Shown: positions 47,148-57,759, numbered from the stretch's first letter. The stretch is DNA of 64,000 nt from Gemmatimonadaceae bacterium (GCA_045803545.1 JBJMOW010000005.1:1152001-1216000), one strand, 5' to 3'. Translations and numbers: made by a program. The notes: a model not told the origin generated them from the sequence alone.

Positions 47148-49372
47148 CTCCGCCCCGCTTTGATCTCGTACTCCTTCGGAGGCTCGGCGCCAAGGAGATT
47201 CTTGACGAAGTAGTCCCAGCGCCGCCGCACCATGTAGGGCTCGTTGCCGAAGCCATGCGGGCGATTGGGCAGCAATAGTAAGTCAAAATCCTTGTTGGCG
47301 GCGATCAGCGCGTTGACGACAAGGAGCGTGTTGTCAGGCGGCACATTGTCGTCCATGGTGCCGTGGGCCAGCAGCAGCTTTCCCTTGAGATCCTTCGCGT
47401 GGATCTCGTTGGCTTCGTTCGCATAGCTGTCGCTGCCGGGCGGCGTGCGCACGAGCAGGCCCTGATAGCGCTCGCCCCAATCGTCTTCGTAGTTACGCTG
47501 GTCGTGATTTCCCGCTTCCGAGATCCCGACCTTGAAAAAATCCGGATATCTGAACATCGCATCGGCCGCAGCGAACCCGCCACCACTGTGGCCGTAGATA
47601 CCGGCGCGGTTGATGTCGATGAACGGATACCGAGTCGCGAGCTCCCGCATCGCCGCAACCTGATCGGGTAGGGTGTTATCGCCCATCTTGCCGAAGTAGG
47701 CATCGTGGAACGATTTCGACCGCCACGGTGTGCCCATACCATCAATTTCGACCACCACGAAGCCAAGCTCGGCGAGTGCCTGAGCGTCGCCGCGCGCCGG
47801 AGAAAAGCTGCGACCACCCACGCTTCCGGTCTGCGGCCCGGGGTAAATGTGATTGACGATTGGATACTTCTTGTTGCGATCGAGATTGGTCGGCAGGTAC
47901 ATCAGCCCGTACAGATCGGTCTTGCCATCACGCGCTTTGACGGTGATTGGCGTCGGCGGCTTCCAGCCCCGGGCTTGCAGCCGGCTAATGTCGGCACGCT
48001 CCAGCGTCAGGACAGTCTTGCCGTTCAAGTCGCGCAGCACGGTCACCGGCGCTTGATCGGGGCGCGAAAAAGTGTCGACGAAATAGTCTGCTGATGGGGC
48101 GAGACTGATTTCGTGATCTGCATTCTCGGGAGTGAGAAGCGTTTGCCCCGTCCCATCCATCCGGATCTTGTAGAAGTGCCGGAAATAGGGATCACGTCCC
48201 TGCTCCTTCCCATTTCCAACGAAGTAAATGATCCGGTTTTTGGCATCGATGCGCCGCACCTGGGCAACGCTGCCTTCGCCGTTGGTGATTTTGGATTTGA
48301 GCGCGCCGGTGGTCAGATCGTAGAGATAGAGCTGGCCCCAGTCGTCGCGCTCGGAAAACCAGACCACCTCATTGGACGCCGGCAGCACGTGCCAGTTGAC
48401 CGCGCCGTTGCCCGATTCGAAATGAGTGGCGACATCCTCGCGCAGGACATCGCGCACCGCGCCCGTATTGGCATCGGCGACGCGCAACACTTCGTGCTTG
48501 TGATCTCGCGATGTCGATACGAACGCGACGTGTGAAGCGTCCGGATACCATTCGACGTCAACCCAGTTCGGTGATCCGCGACACACGATGTGGTCGCATA
48601 GCGTTGATCGATGGGCGTCCGGCGCCATTCGCAGCGGTATCACCTTCGGAGCATCGACGTCGATCAACACGCGACGGATCATCGAGATCGCACTGTCGCC
48701 CGGCAACGGATACTTCCACGCCTGGAGCTCGGGGTGGCCGACTTTAGTGCGCACCAGATACATCTCGCCCAGCGGACGGTCGTCCTGCTGGAACGTCGCA
48801 ATCTTGCGCGAGTCCGGCGACCACAAGAGCACCGGGCGATCGCTTCTCACCCACCCCGCGTTGTCGGTTGCGTACCCGAAGTCTTTCTGCCCATCCGTCG
48901 TGAGCTGAGTTTCACGGCCACTTGCGACGTCTCTCACCCAGAGATTGTAGTCGCGAATGAATGCGGCCTTGCTTCCGTCGGGCGAGAGCGATTCAGGGCG
49001 TCCGCTCGCTCCTCGCTGCGCCGTCGGTTGTAACCGGGACAGCTCGCTCGGGTCGAGCGCGCCGCCGCAGCGATCGGTGTCCGGGCTGCAGGCGAGACGA
49101 CTGCCGCGCGCCGGATCCACGAGGATGATTCCGGCTGTCCCCCGCGCCGGATTGCGATATGCAACGCGGTTCCCCGATAGCCACACAGGCTGGACTGCGA
49201 TGCCGCTGACGTACGGGGTGACGCTGTCCATCAGAAAGCGCTCAGCGCGCGCATAATCGGCAACGGTTACCTGCGCACCGACAGAAGACCCGCTGAAAAG
49301 CAAAAGCATAACTGCCTGCAGGCTGCCGGCGGCTTTCAGCCAGCGGCTGGCGGCTCGTGCGACGGTGCTCAT
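47144..49372 (-). CDS. S9 family peptidase (DPP IV-like)
   Basis: YPGP, GHSGGG, DDNV, His in NRPHG; ATGA overlap. Confidence 0.92.
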   Translation of the reverse strand: MSTVARAASRWLKAAGSLQAVMLLLFSGSSVGAQVTVADYARAERFLMDSVTPYVSGIAVQPVWLSGNRVAYRNPARGTAGIILVDPARGSRLACSPDTDRCGGALDPSELSRLQPTAQRGASGRPESLSPDGSKAAFIRDYNLWVRDVASGRETQLTTDGQKDFGYATDNAGWVRSDRPVLLWSPDSRKIATFQQDDRPLGEMYLVRTKVGHPELQAWKYPLPGDSAISMIRRVLIDVDAPKVIPLRMAPDAHRSTLCDHIVCRGSPNWVDVEWYPDASHVAFVSTSRDHKHEVLRVADANTGAVRDVLREDVATHFESGNGAVNWHVLPASNEVVWFSERDDWGQLYLYDLTTGALKSKITNGEGSVAQVRRIDAKNRIIYFVGNGKEQGRDPYFRHFYKIRMDGTGQTLLTPENADHEISLAPSADYFVDTFSRPDQAPVTVLRDLNGKTVLTLERADISRLQARGWKPPTPITVKARDGKTDLYGLMYLPTNLDRNKKYPIVNHIYPGPQTGSVGGRSFSPARGDAQALAELGFVVVEIDGMGTPWRSKSFHDAYFGKMGDNTLPDQVAAMRELATRYPFIDINRAGIYGHSGGGFAAADAMFRYPDFFKVGISEAGNHDQRNYEDDWGERYQGLLVRTPPGSDSYANEANEIHAKDLKGKLLLAHGTMDDNVPPDNTLLVVNALIAANKDFDLLLLPNRPHGFGNEPYMVRRRWDYFVKNLLGAEPPKEYEIKAGRR

Positions 49373-51447
49373 TTCGTCGCCGCCATCCGCGGCCACACAT
49401 TGTCGCTGAAAGTGTGATCCGGGAATCGCTGATTGGGATCGAGCGTAAGGCGTGTGATGCGTCGGCCGGCAAAATCCAGATTCGCGGTGAACGTGCGACT
49501 GCCGGAGAACCACACATCCGCCGGATAGGTAATCACCGCAGTGCTCGCGTCCTGCCACACGATCGATTCGGTGAAAACACCCAGCACTGTGCGACTGGAG
49601 TTGGCGGGCTTGGTGGTCGCGGTCCCCGGCGCAAACTCGACCTTTAACACGATTGGCGACGGCATCTCTCCATCCTGGCGCACCGTCACTCGCGTCTGCC
49701 GTCCAGCCGCGACCACACTTTGTATCGAGCCGTCGACGGACTCGTTGGTGAACAGCCAATAGTACCAGAACCAGCCGAGGTCGCGGTGCAAGGCGTTGTT
49801 CATGAAGTTGGCGTAGTCCCAGGGAGAGGGATGCTTGAAACGCCACGCCTTTGCGTAATCACTCATCGCGCGTTGCACAGCGCTGTCGCCTACAACCCCG
49901 CCCAGCGACGAGAGCATCAACGGCGCCTTGCCGTACGCAGCGAATCCGTAAAGCGGGCCATCGTAGTTCTCGTCCCACATCATAGTCGGCTCGCGCTCAT
50001 CGCCGCTCACCTGCCCGTACGAAAGACCGAGGCTATCCAGGGTGTACGGCTTTTTGTCGCGATCGGCATCGGACAGAATGTTCATGTACTGATTGAACCC
50101 TTCGTCCATCCAGCCGTACCAGGTCTCGTTGACGCCGACCATCATCGGCCACCACTGATGTCCGGTCTCGTGATCAGCCGCGAAGACCGCCGACATGATG
50201 AACATCGGATATTCCATTCCCAGCTCGGGCCCGTCGACCATCGTCAGCTGCGGATATGCGTACGGCATCCACAGGTTCGAGTAGTACTCGAGCGCATGAC
50301 GCACGTGGCGTGGACCATCTGCGTAAGTCTGGGTGTGACCCGGCAGATACATGACGTTGAAGGGTACGTAGCCCCTTGTCGGAATGTTGGCGCGGCCGGC
50401 ATCCCACACGAACTGGTTCGATGTCGCCCACGCAAAATCACCGACCGTGTCCGCCGCGAAGCGCCAGACCAGTCGACCGTTGCTGCCGAGCCCCGTCGAC
50501 TTTCCTGGGCCGCGCTCGGCGGCGCCGACCACGCGTATCGTTGAATCCGATGAGAGTACCCGGCTCAGTCGATCGCGCGCTGTCGACGTCAGCACGTCGT
50601 TCGGGTTTTGTAGGACCCCCGTTGCACCGACAATCCATCCTGCGGGAACGTCGATGCTGACGTCGAAATGACCGTAGTTGTTATAGAACTCACCGTCGCC
50701 CAGGTACGGATCGGAGTCCCACCCGCGCAGATCGTCGAACACAGCGAGGCGAGGATACCATTGGGCTACCTGATAAAGCGTGTCGGCCCATCTTCCCATC
50801 CGGAATCCACGCGCGCCTTCCATCCGGGGTACCTCGAAGCTCCAGTCAGCCTCGAAAGTGCCGCTGCCGTGCGCGGGAATCGGAGTTGCCAGCGGGATAC
50901 GCGCCGAGGTGCCGCGCAGGATTCGCGACAAAGGGGTCGTGCGCCGATCGGATCCGGGTACCGGGGCGCCGACGGTGTCACTCACGGAAAGCGACTGCCC
51001 GTTCACTACCAATCGCGTGACTTTCATACCGCTGGTGACCGCGTCCATGATGCTGGTCCGCGGCGCATCCGGCCGGAAAATGTTCTGATCGAGCCGTAGC
51101 ACGATGCTTCGCATCGCGGAATCGCTGTTGTTCCGGAAGCTCACGGTTTCCGTTCCGGTCACCGTGGACGTCGCGCTGTCCAGCCGAGCGCGAATCGTGT
51201 AGTTGGTCCAAAGCTGCCAGTACCGCGATGTCGGCCGGCCACTCATGTCGCGCGTGCCCGCCGAAAATGCGCGCTTGATCATGTTCGTCAGCGGAATGTC
51301 ACGCCTGATTGGTCGCGTTGCCGAAACCGGCGGCAAAGTGCCTTGACCTGTGGTCGCTGCGGATGGAGCCGCTGCTTGAGCGTTGGCAGCGTAGGACAGT
51401 GTCGCTGATCCAGTGACAGAAAGGAAAAGTCGAAGACGGGCGCGCAT
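49369..51447 (-). CDS. M1 family metallopeptidase (secreted)
   Basis: GMEYP; HETGHQWW...WMDEG; YGK. Confidence 0.88.
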   Translation of the reverse strand: MRARLRLFLSVTGSATLSYAANAQAAAPSAATTGQGTLPPVSATRPIRRDIPLTNMIKRAFSAGTRDMSGRPTSRYWQLWTNYTIRARLDSATSTVTGTETVSFRNNSDSAMRSIVLRLDQNIFRPDAPRTSIMDAVTSGMKVTRLVVNGQSLSVSDTVGAPVPGSDRRTTPLSRILRGTSARIPLATPIPAHGSGTFEADWSFEVPRMEGARGFRMGRWADTLYQVAQWYPRLAVFDDLRGWDSDPYLGDGEFYNNYGHFDVSIDVPAGWIVGATGVLQNPNDVLTSTARDRLSRVLSSDSTIRVVGAAERGPGKSTGLGSNGRLVWRFAADTVGDFAWATSNQFVWDAGRANIPTRGYVPFNVMYLPGHTQTYADGPRHVRHALEYYSNLWMPYAYPQLTMVDGPELGMEYPMFIMSAVFAADHETGHQWWPMMVGVNETWYGWMDEGFNQYMNILSDADRDKKPYTLDSLGLSYGQVSGDEREPTMMWDENYDGPLYGFAAYGKAPLMLSSLGGVVGDSAVQRAMSDYAKAWRFKHPSPWDYANFMNNALHRDLGWFWYYWLFTNESVDGSIQSVVAAGRQTRVTVRQDGEMPSPIVLKVEFAPGTATTKPANSSRTVLGVFTESIVWQDASTAVITYPADVWFSGSRTFTANLDFAGRRITRLTLDPNQRFPDHTFSDNVWPRMAATK

Positions 51448-51558
51448 TACGACTCCGGTAGAGAATTGCCAGACGTTTTGTTGACCGACGCAGCAAGAGA
51501 AAAGTAGTTGATGCGCCCGCGTCAGCGTATGATTCGGGTATTCAACGGAGACCAGACG

Positions 51559-52086
51559 ATGGATTTCAAACTCGACCAGGCGATCCCCATTCTGGAGCGA
51601 ACGCCGAGAGTGTTATCAGAGCTGCTTGCCGAGCTTCCCGGCGACTGGACCGTGATCAATGAAGGGCCCGACACCTGGAGTGCCCGCCAAATCATCCTTC
51701 ACTTGATCAACGGCGAGCGAACCGACTGGATTCCCCGCGCGCGCATCATTCTAAAGCAAGGTCAATCCCGTCGTTTCGATCCCTTCGATCGCATCGGTGG
51801 TTTCGACTCGACGCAGCCGATGCGCACTCTGCTCAGCGAATTCGACAAGGTGCGTGCGGAGAGTGTCGCGACCCTGCGTGGCTGGAATCTCAAGGAGAAG
51901 GATCTCGAGCTCACCGGCGAGCACCCCGAGTTCGGTTCTGTCACGATGCGCCAGTTGCTCGCGACATGGGTCGTGCACGACCTGTCGCACATTTCCCAGA
52001 TCACGCGGGTAATGGCGCGCGCGTACACCGAGGCTGTCGGACCGTGGACTCGCTACTTCAGGGTGCTACAGAGGGTCGCTATGTAG
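51559..52086 (+). CDS. DinB family protein
   Basis: GGAG RBS; LERTP, WS..H, HPEFG, HDLSH. Confidence 0.88.
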   Translation: MDFKLDQAIPILERTPRVLSELLAELPGDWTVINEGPDTWSARQIILHLINGERTDWIPRARIILKQGQSRRFDPFDRIGGFDSTQPMRTLLSEFDKVRAESVATLRGWNLKEKDLELTGEHPEFGSVTMRQLLATWVVHDLSHISQITRVMARAYTEAVGPWTRYFRVLQRVAM

Positions 52087-52116
52087 ATATCTCGGCGTCG
52101 GTCGCCAGCACGCGAC

Positions 52117-52154
52117 AAAAAAAACCTCCGTGAGGAGGGCTGTCCTCACGGAGG
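52117..52154 (-). terminator. Minus-strand intrinsic terminator
   Basis: 12-bp stem CCTCCGTGAGGA/TCCTCACGGAGG with 8 A on + strand (U8 on minus). Confidence 0.8.
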
Positions 52155-52240
52155 CGCGTGTAGGTGAGCGTCTGCGATCGCTCTGGGGTGCGCATTTCGG
52201 ATTGAACCGAGTCAGTTCGGCGTAAACGCCGCTGACACTT
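52117..52240 (-). ncRNA. Putative small RNA
   Basis: ECF-like TGAAAC-N17-TGTCT upstream, several hairpins, orphan terminator, flanked by + strand genes. Confidence 0.5.
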
Positions 52241-52325
52241 GATAAGACAACAAATAACCCGCGAAGGTTTCACGCTCGCTGCATTTTTACAGTGTATGGA
52301 AGCCTTCGCTCGACGGGAGATAACA

Positions 52326-52694
52326 ATGGCCGACTATTCCTATGTCACTCGCCTTGACGTCAAGTATCCGGCACTCGAGCTCATCGATATTGCGGCGGAG
52401 AGCAAGGCGGTCAAAGACCGCTGGTTCAATCAGACTCTCTGCAAAGTCAATGATTCAGTTGTGCGCATGGGTGTTGTGCAAGGCGAATATCACTGGCACA
52501 AGCACATCGATCTGGACGAGTTCTTCTACGTCGTCGAAGGCAAGTTCTACATCGATCTCGAGGATCGCGCCATCGAGCTGACCCCTCAGCAGGGGTTCGT
52601 CGTGCCGAGGGGGGTGACGCATCGCACGCGCGCTCCGGAGCGCGCTGTCATTCTGATGGTCGAGGGCGAGGAAATCGTGCCGACCGGCGATTGA
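52326..52694 (+). CDS. Cupin domain protein
   Basis: GEYHWHKH..DEFFYV; VVPRGVTHR. Confidence 0.9.
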   Translation: MADYSYVTRLDVKYPALELIDIAAESKAVKDRWFNQTLCKVNDSVVRMGVVQGEYHWHKHIDLDEFFYVVEGKFYIDLEDRAIELTPQQGFVVPRGVTHRTRAPERAVILMVEGEEIVPTGD

Positions 52695-54401
52695 CTACCT
52701 GGCGCCGAATCTTATGTCGTGCTCGAGCACGAGGGTCCCGGGAAGAACTATGCGCTCTTCGAGAGTGTTGTGTCCCGCCACCCCGACCTTCAGGGTGATC
52801 TGAGCACCGCGAGTGAAACCGCACATGAGATAGGCGCCGTCGCTATTGGTATCGGTCTCCACAGTCATCTGCCGATTGCTCGCGACCAGCTTCCCGTTCT
52901 GTTCGACCCATTGCAGCGGCCACGCCGCCCAGACGTGCGCGCGAGCGATTGGTTTGCCGGCAGCGTCACGGACGTAGCCCGCCAGCATGCCCTGCGACTC
53001 GGTGCCGGTGACGTTACGCCCGCATACCGATGCGCGCAGCGTAGCGTACGAGGGCACGATCAGGTACGCCTGGCCCCGACCACCGGCCGGAAGCGAAACT
53101 CCCTGCACTACGTTCGGCACATTGAGCAATCGAAGTCTCGGATGATCGAACACCACGCTATCGTCGACCGGACCATCAATGGCCAGGTCATAACGTCCGG
53201 CAGAGTTGGTCATCGCCTTGTAGCGACCACCGGCCGTCCACACCCGCACGTTCGCCAGCCCACTGTTGGCAGTGCTGTCGTAAACGAAACCGCTGATGAT
53301 TGTCTGACCGGCTGGCTCAGTTACCGCGGACGCATTCTTCGCTTGCGCGCCCTGCGTTGGACGCGGAGAACCCGCGGGACGCGCCACCCCTCCAACTTCC
53401 TGATATCCGATCAACGTATCCCGCGATGATACGCGCGGATCGCTCGATGCGATGTGTCCGAGGCGGGGCATTCTGATGTACCACCGTGGTACTATCCACT
53501 GACCACTCGGCAACTGGTCGAACTCGAGCCGGCCGTTCGTGCGCGCAACGCGCAGCGGAATCGGCAGATTCACATAGTCGAAATTGAGTGCTCGCAGGGT
53601 GTTGGTCTTGGGATCCATCCAGAGCACACCGGTCAGCTCCGGCATACCGCCGACTCTCGACGGCTTGAACTCCAGACCTGTGAGCCCGGTTTCGGCTCCA
53701 TAGCCGCGAATCGCGGCGAAGCAATGCGACCTCACGAACTGATCGGACACGAGTGATGCTGCGTCAGGCGCGCGGAAGACATCGGTGCCAGCCGCATCGT
53801 TGCGCTTGGTGGTATCGATTTGATCCCATGAAATCCCGACGACTGGACGCCGGCCGATTCGACTGCGTTGTTCTGCCCGCTCAGCCACCACCGCACCGTT
53901 AGTGTCGAGGGCGCGCTCGTATAGGTCGACGTCGAGCGGTACCAGTCCTTGCGCCTCGGTAAGCGCACTAGCGGTAAGTGCCTTCTTTATCTCCGACCAG
54001 AGGTCTCCGATCGCAGTGCCGGGACCGACCATCTGTTGACAGGAGTTTTCGTTGCGCACGAGCATCGTCGCAGGATTGCGCGCCGGCGCCATGCCAGCTC
54101 TCACGAAGACGGTCCGATCGACTACTGCCAGCTGCACCGACAACCAGCTCTCATAACCCACTTTGTCGGCTTTCACGCGGTATTGTCCGCGCGCAGGCGC
54201 GCGTAGATCGATGCGGCCGTTCTGGTCGCTGAAACCGCCGAATATCGGTATGGTGCCCGCGGAATCGAACAGGGAAACGTTCGCGCCGATAACGGGCTTG
54301 CCGGTACCGGCCTCCACTACTTCGACGTGCAGGTCTTGAGCGGACGCGTGCGCTGCGATGAGCGCGATGCCCGCGATCGGGAGAATGAGTTTGAGTCGCA
54401 T
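52695..54401 (-). CDS. Exported protein with carboxypeptidase-regulatory-like domains
   Basis: Signal peptide; three GxVxD..G.P..A.V-like repeats with T(D/N)..G.Y. Confidence 0.75.
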   Translation of the reverse strand: MRLKLILPIAGIALIAAHASAQDLHVEVVEAGTGKPVIGANVSLFDSAGTIPIFGGFSDQNGRIDLRAPARGQYRVKADKVGYESWLSVQLAVVDRTVFVRAGMAPARNPATMLVRNENSCQQMVGPGTAIGDLWSEIKKALTASALTEAQGLVPLDVDLYERALDTNGAVVAERAEQRSRIGRRPVVGISWDQIDTTKRNDAAGTDVFRAPDAASLVSDQFVRSHCFAAIRGYGAETGLTGLEFKPSRVGGMPELTGVLWMDPKTNTLRALNFDYVNLPIPLRVARTNGRLEFDQLPSGQWIVPRWYIRMPRLGHIASSDPRVSSRDTLIGYQEVGGVARPAGSPRPTQGAQAKNASAVTEPAGQTIISGFVYDSTANSGLANVRVWTAGGRYKAMTNSAGRYDLAIDGPVDDSVVFDHPRLRLLNVPNVVQGVSLPAGGRGQAYLIVPSYATLRASVCGRNVTGTESQGMLAGYVRDAAGKPIARAHVWAAWPLQWVEQNGKLVASNRQMTVETDTNSDGAYLMCGFTRGAQITLKVGVAGHNTLEERIVLPGTLVLEHDIRFGAR

Positions 54402-54447
54402 AGTCTTTCTAAAGACGCGCGACCCCAGCCAGAGTTTTCCCTGAGTG

Positions 54448-54873
54448 TTACGGCTGGCTGCCTGCGCGCATTACCACGCTATAACGACTGATAACGTTGC
54501 AACCGGAAACCTGGGCGGGGGCAAACCGGTGCCTGGCCGCAAACCTCACGGCGTTGCGCACGAACTGAGGGTCGCTCGCGCCGAGGACCTCGACTGAGCT
54601 GGTGTCGGCGATGCCGTTTGGGAATACCACAAAATCGACGGCGACGCTATCGCCGGCGCGGACGCCTGCCGGCCGAGGTAGCATGTCACTCCCCACCAAT
54701 TGCGCGTTTGGGAGCGCGTCCTCCGATACGTACTTGGAGAGCGAGTCTCCCACCGCTGCGCAACGCGGGTCCTGCACAATTCCCGCATCGGTGGAGGTGG
54801 AGCGTCCGGCACAGGCAAGCGTCAGCGCCAAGAAAACAATGACCGGGCTCCTTTGCAGCATTTCGAATCTCAT
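54448..54873 (-). CDS. TonB C-terminal-like lipoprotein
   Basis: LTLA-C; VDFVV..NG.ADTSSV.V; F.PAQ..GC.V. Confidence 0.65.
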   Translation of the reverse strand: MRFEMLQRSPVIVFLALTLACAGRSTSTDAGIVQDPRCAAVGDSLSKYVSEDALPNAQLVGSDMLPRPAGVRAGDSVAVDFVVFPNGIADTSSVEVLGASDPQFVRNAVRFAARHRFAPAQVSGCNVISRYSVVMRAGSQP

Positions 54874-54882
54874 GGTCCAAGC

Positions 54883-56448
54883 CTAAATCGTCGCGTCTTC
54901 GCCGAACGTCGACTCAGTGCGATTGTACTTCGTGGATGATTTCGTTGCCGTTTCCTGCGTTGCGGCGGAGTTCTGTTCGCGTTTGCGCGCCGCGATCAAG
55001 TCCCGCAGCCAGCTCTCCACCCGCTCCGTCTTATCGGCGTCGAGAGATTCTTCTTCGTGCTGCACCGGCGAAGCCGCGCTTCCCCCGCTTTCCGCCAGCA
55101 ATTTCTGCAACATCGTTTCCCAGGAGCTGGCTTGGACGGACTCGCCGACGGAGCGCATCAGAAGCCAGTCTGCCAGATTCGCCGGACGATCGTACAACTG
55201 GACCTGGAACCGCAGCATGTCGCCGATCTGTTCAGAGAGAAAACGCACCGCGCCAGCAAGCGGGTGGCCGGCCAGAGTAACGAGCACGGCTTCCCGGTTG
55301 GTCACTTGCTCGACGCGAACCTGCACGTTGCCGCGCACGGGGAGCTTCATGGTGATGGTGCTGCTCTTCTCCAGAACCGTCGGCGTGTCGGGCTCCGCGC
55401 GCACATCCATTGTGAATGGCACCAGCTCGGCGAATCGCATCCTGAACCGGGCAAACAATTCTTCGGCGGTGAGCTGACTGCCGTCGATGTCCATCCAGTA
55501 GCGCTTTCTCTTGAAAGCGCCGACACCTTTCTCCGGAGTTTGTTCGGGCAAAGAGTCGGCGAGCTTGCGCAGCCCGCTATCGAGCGGCGTCGGTTTGATC
55601 TTGAAGACACCAGTTAGCGCGTTGGTGCCAGGCGTTTTGATCCAGTTACCCTCGGTGAGCATCGTCACCTGGCTTTCCGTCAGCGGCAATTTCACACCGA
55701 GCATGCTGGCTATAGTGACGCCGGCACTGGCGAGGAAAGTTGGAATCGGGAGTCGCGCCGGCTGGCGTCCGGTGATCTCACAGATTCGCGTCAGGACGTC
55801 GTTCAGCGACGTGCGCTCCTCGCCAGCGACCTCCAGAACTTGTCCGTGAAGATCGGTGCGCCTTATCGACTCGCCGATTGCTGTCGCCAGATCCTCGACC
55901 CAGATCGGCTGGAACTGGTGGTCTCCACCACCCACCACCGGTACCGCGGGGAGTGTACGTACCATCGTCAGGAGCAGCGATATGACGTCGTCGCCCGGAC
56001 CGTAGACGTTGCCGGGCCTCAGGATGATCCACCCCCCGGCGAACCCACGAACTACTTCCTCGGCGCGGCGTTTCGAACGGTGGTAGGGGGAGTTCCCCGT
56101 GTCGGCTCCGAGTGACGACATATGGATGAAACGGCCCACCTTGCACCGCTCTGCCTCGCGCACGATCAGCCGGGTTCCTTCGACGTTTACGAGCTCGTAG
56201 GTGCTGTCGGGCGGTGACTCCTCCATGATGCCCGCGACGTGGAGCACGAGGTCGCAGCCTTCCGCACACCCGCGCAGCGCGCTTTGGTCAGTGAGCGCGG
56301 CGGGCCACGCTTCGACACCTTCAGGCCAATGGGTGGCGACTTCCTCAGCGCCTCGACTGAGTAGTCGCACCGAGTGACCACAGCCAAGCAATTCAGTCAC
56401 GGCCGCCTGGCCAATGACGCCGGTTCCTCCTGTCACCAACACTTTCAT
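54883..56448 (-). CDS. NAD-dependent epimerase/NDUFA9-like protein with extra C-terminal domain
   Basis: TGGTGVIG, YHRSK, RPGNVYG; ~210-aa C-terminal domain with TLAGHPLAG. Confidence 0.82.
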   Translation of the reverse strand: MKVLVTGGTGVIGQAAVTELLGCGHSVRLLSRGAEEVATHWPEGVEAWPAALTDQSALRGCAEGCDLVLHVAGIMEESPPDSTYELVNVEGTRLIVREAERCKVGRFIHMSSLGADTGNSPYHRSKRRAEEVVRGFAGGWIILRPGNVYGPGDDVISLLLTMVRTLPAVPVVGGGDHQFQPIWVEDLATAIGESIRRTDLHGQVLEVAGEERTSLNDVLTRICEITGRQPARLPIPTFLASAGVTIASMLGVKLPLTESQVTMLTEGNWIKTPGTNALTGVFKIKPTPLDSGLRKLADSLPEQTPEKGVGAFKRKRYWMDIDGSQLTAEELFARFRMRFAELVPFTMDVRAEPDTPTVLEKSSTITMKLPVRGNVQVRVEQVTNREAVLVTLAGHPLAGAVRFLSEQIGDMLRFQVQLYDRPANLADWLLMRSVGESVQASSWETMLQKLLAESGGSAASPVQHEEESLDADKTERVESWLRDLIAARKREQNSAATQETATKSSTKYNRTESTFGEDATI

Positions 56449-56507
56449 TCAGCCTTGCCCCTTATCTCAACGAATCGTGACGCGGACCTCCCCTTGGCCA
56501 TAGAGGG

Positions 56508-56522
56508 GCAGGTTGGGTGCCA
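56508..56522 (-). promoter_or_regulatory. Putative sigma-54 promoter
   Basis: Minus strand TGGCAC-CCAAC-CTGC, ~60 nt upstream of start 56448. Confidence 0.5.
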
Positions 56523-56664
56523 TGCGCCGGCCATCGAGAGCAAAAATCAGTGACCGCCTGAGCTTTGGCCTCGTCTTTCGAGGAACGAAGGAGCTTCGCC
56601 GTTTGGGCTGCCTTTTCAGTTCACTCTATGGAACCAACTAGCCCAGACGCCGTGGGAGGAGAAG

Positions 56665-57759
56665 GTGTTGTCCAAAGCCGCTTGGTCAGTCGCCCTGCTA
56701 GCGCTCGCAGGCTGCGCCGTCAACAAGGATCCCTACGTGGTCGGTGCCGCCGGTCCCTGGAAGCAGGGTTACGGGCTGCAGAACCTGCAGGGCGTTCAAC
56801 TGGCTGTCGAAGACATCAACAAAGCGGGCGGGATCAATGGCCACACCATTCGCCTGATCACGCGCGATGATGATGGTGATGGCGCAACTGCCGCCAAGAT
56901 CGCGCAGGAGTTTGTAGCCAATCACGCCGTTTCCGCCGTGATCGGTCACGTCAATTCATCCGGGATGCTCTCGGCCGCACCAGTCTACGACGGCGAGCTC
57001 GCGGCAGTGGCGACCAGCGCCACCTCTCCCGATCTCACCGGCATTTCGAGCTGGGTTTTCCGCATCATCTCCAGTGATTCGCTGAACGGCATTGCCCTCG
57101 CCAACTTCGCATCGAAGTTCGGTCAGCGTGCTCCCGCCAGCGTATCGGTCCTTTACGAAAACAACACCTATGGCCGAGGGCTCGCTGACTCTTTCCGTCG
57201 CTCCTTTCACGGCGATATCCTGAGCCTCGATCCGATCGACGCCGACATCACGACCGCCGAGCCGTACGTATCGTATCTCAAGACACGCAAGCCGCGCATC
57301 GTGTTCGTCGCCGGTCGCGTCGCCTCCGGCCTCAAGATTCTGCAGGAAGCGAAACGTCAGGGATTCACCCCGATCTTCGTCGGTGGCGACGGCTGGCAGG
57401 GAATTCTCGCCGATACGTCGATCGCCGAAGGCACTTATATGGGCATGTCATTCACGCCGGCAGATCCATCGCCGAGTGCGAAGACTTTCGTTTCATCGTT
57501 CACCAAGAAGTTTAAGACGGCGCCCGACGCGCACGCTGCACTCGGTTACGACGCGACGATGCTCATCGCGCAGGCGCTGAAAGACAGAGGCCCCGACCGG
57601 CGCGGCATTCGTGACTATCTCCGCTCTCTAAATCGTGAGACCGCCTACCCCGGCCTGACTGGCCCCGCCTTCTTCGAGGACACGGGAGACCCGGTTGGCA
57701 TGCGGTTCAAGGTTTTCCGCGTGCACGACGGATCGCTGACCGTCGCGGAGGGCAAGTGA
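56665..57759 (+). CDS. Branched-chain amino acid-type substrate-binding lipoprotein
   Basis: [37 protein letters not shown]. Confidence 0.88.
   Translation: MLSKAAWSVALLALAGCAVNKDPYVVGAAGPWKQGYGLQNLQGVQLAVEDINKAGGINGHTIRLITRDDDGDGATAAKIAQEFVANHAVSAVIGHVNSSGMLSAAPVYDGELAAVATSATSPDLTGISSWVFRIISSDSLNGIALANFASKFGQRAPASVSVLYENNTYGRGLADSFRRSFHGDILSLDPIDADITTAEPYVSYLKTRKPRIVFVAGRVASGLKILQEAKRQGFTPIFVGGDGWQGILADTSIAEGTYMGMSFTPADPSPSAKTFVSSFTKKFKTAPDAHAALGYDATMLIAQALKDRGPDRRGIRDYLRSLNRETAYPGLTGPAFFEDTGDPVGMRFKVFRVHDGSLTVAEGK

Noticed and set aside
49373..49846. N-terminal extension of the S9 peptidase ORF
   Set aside because: Overlaps the M1 peptidase gene; ATG 49372 with ATGA overlap and signal peptide fits better
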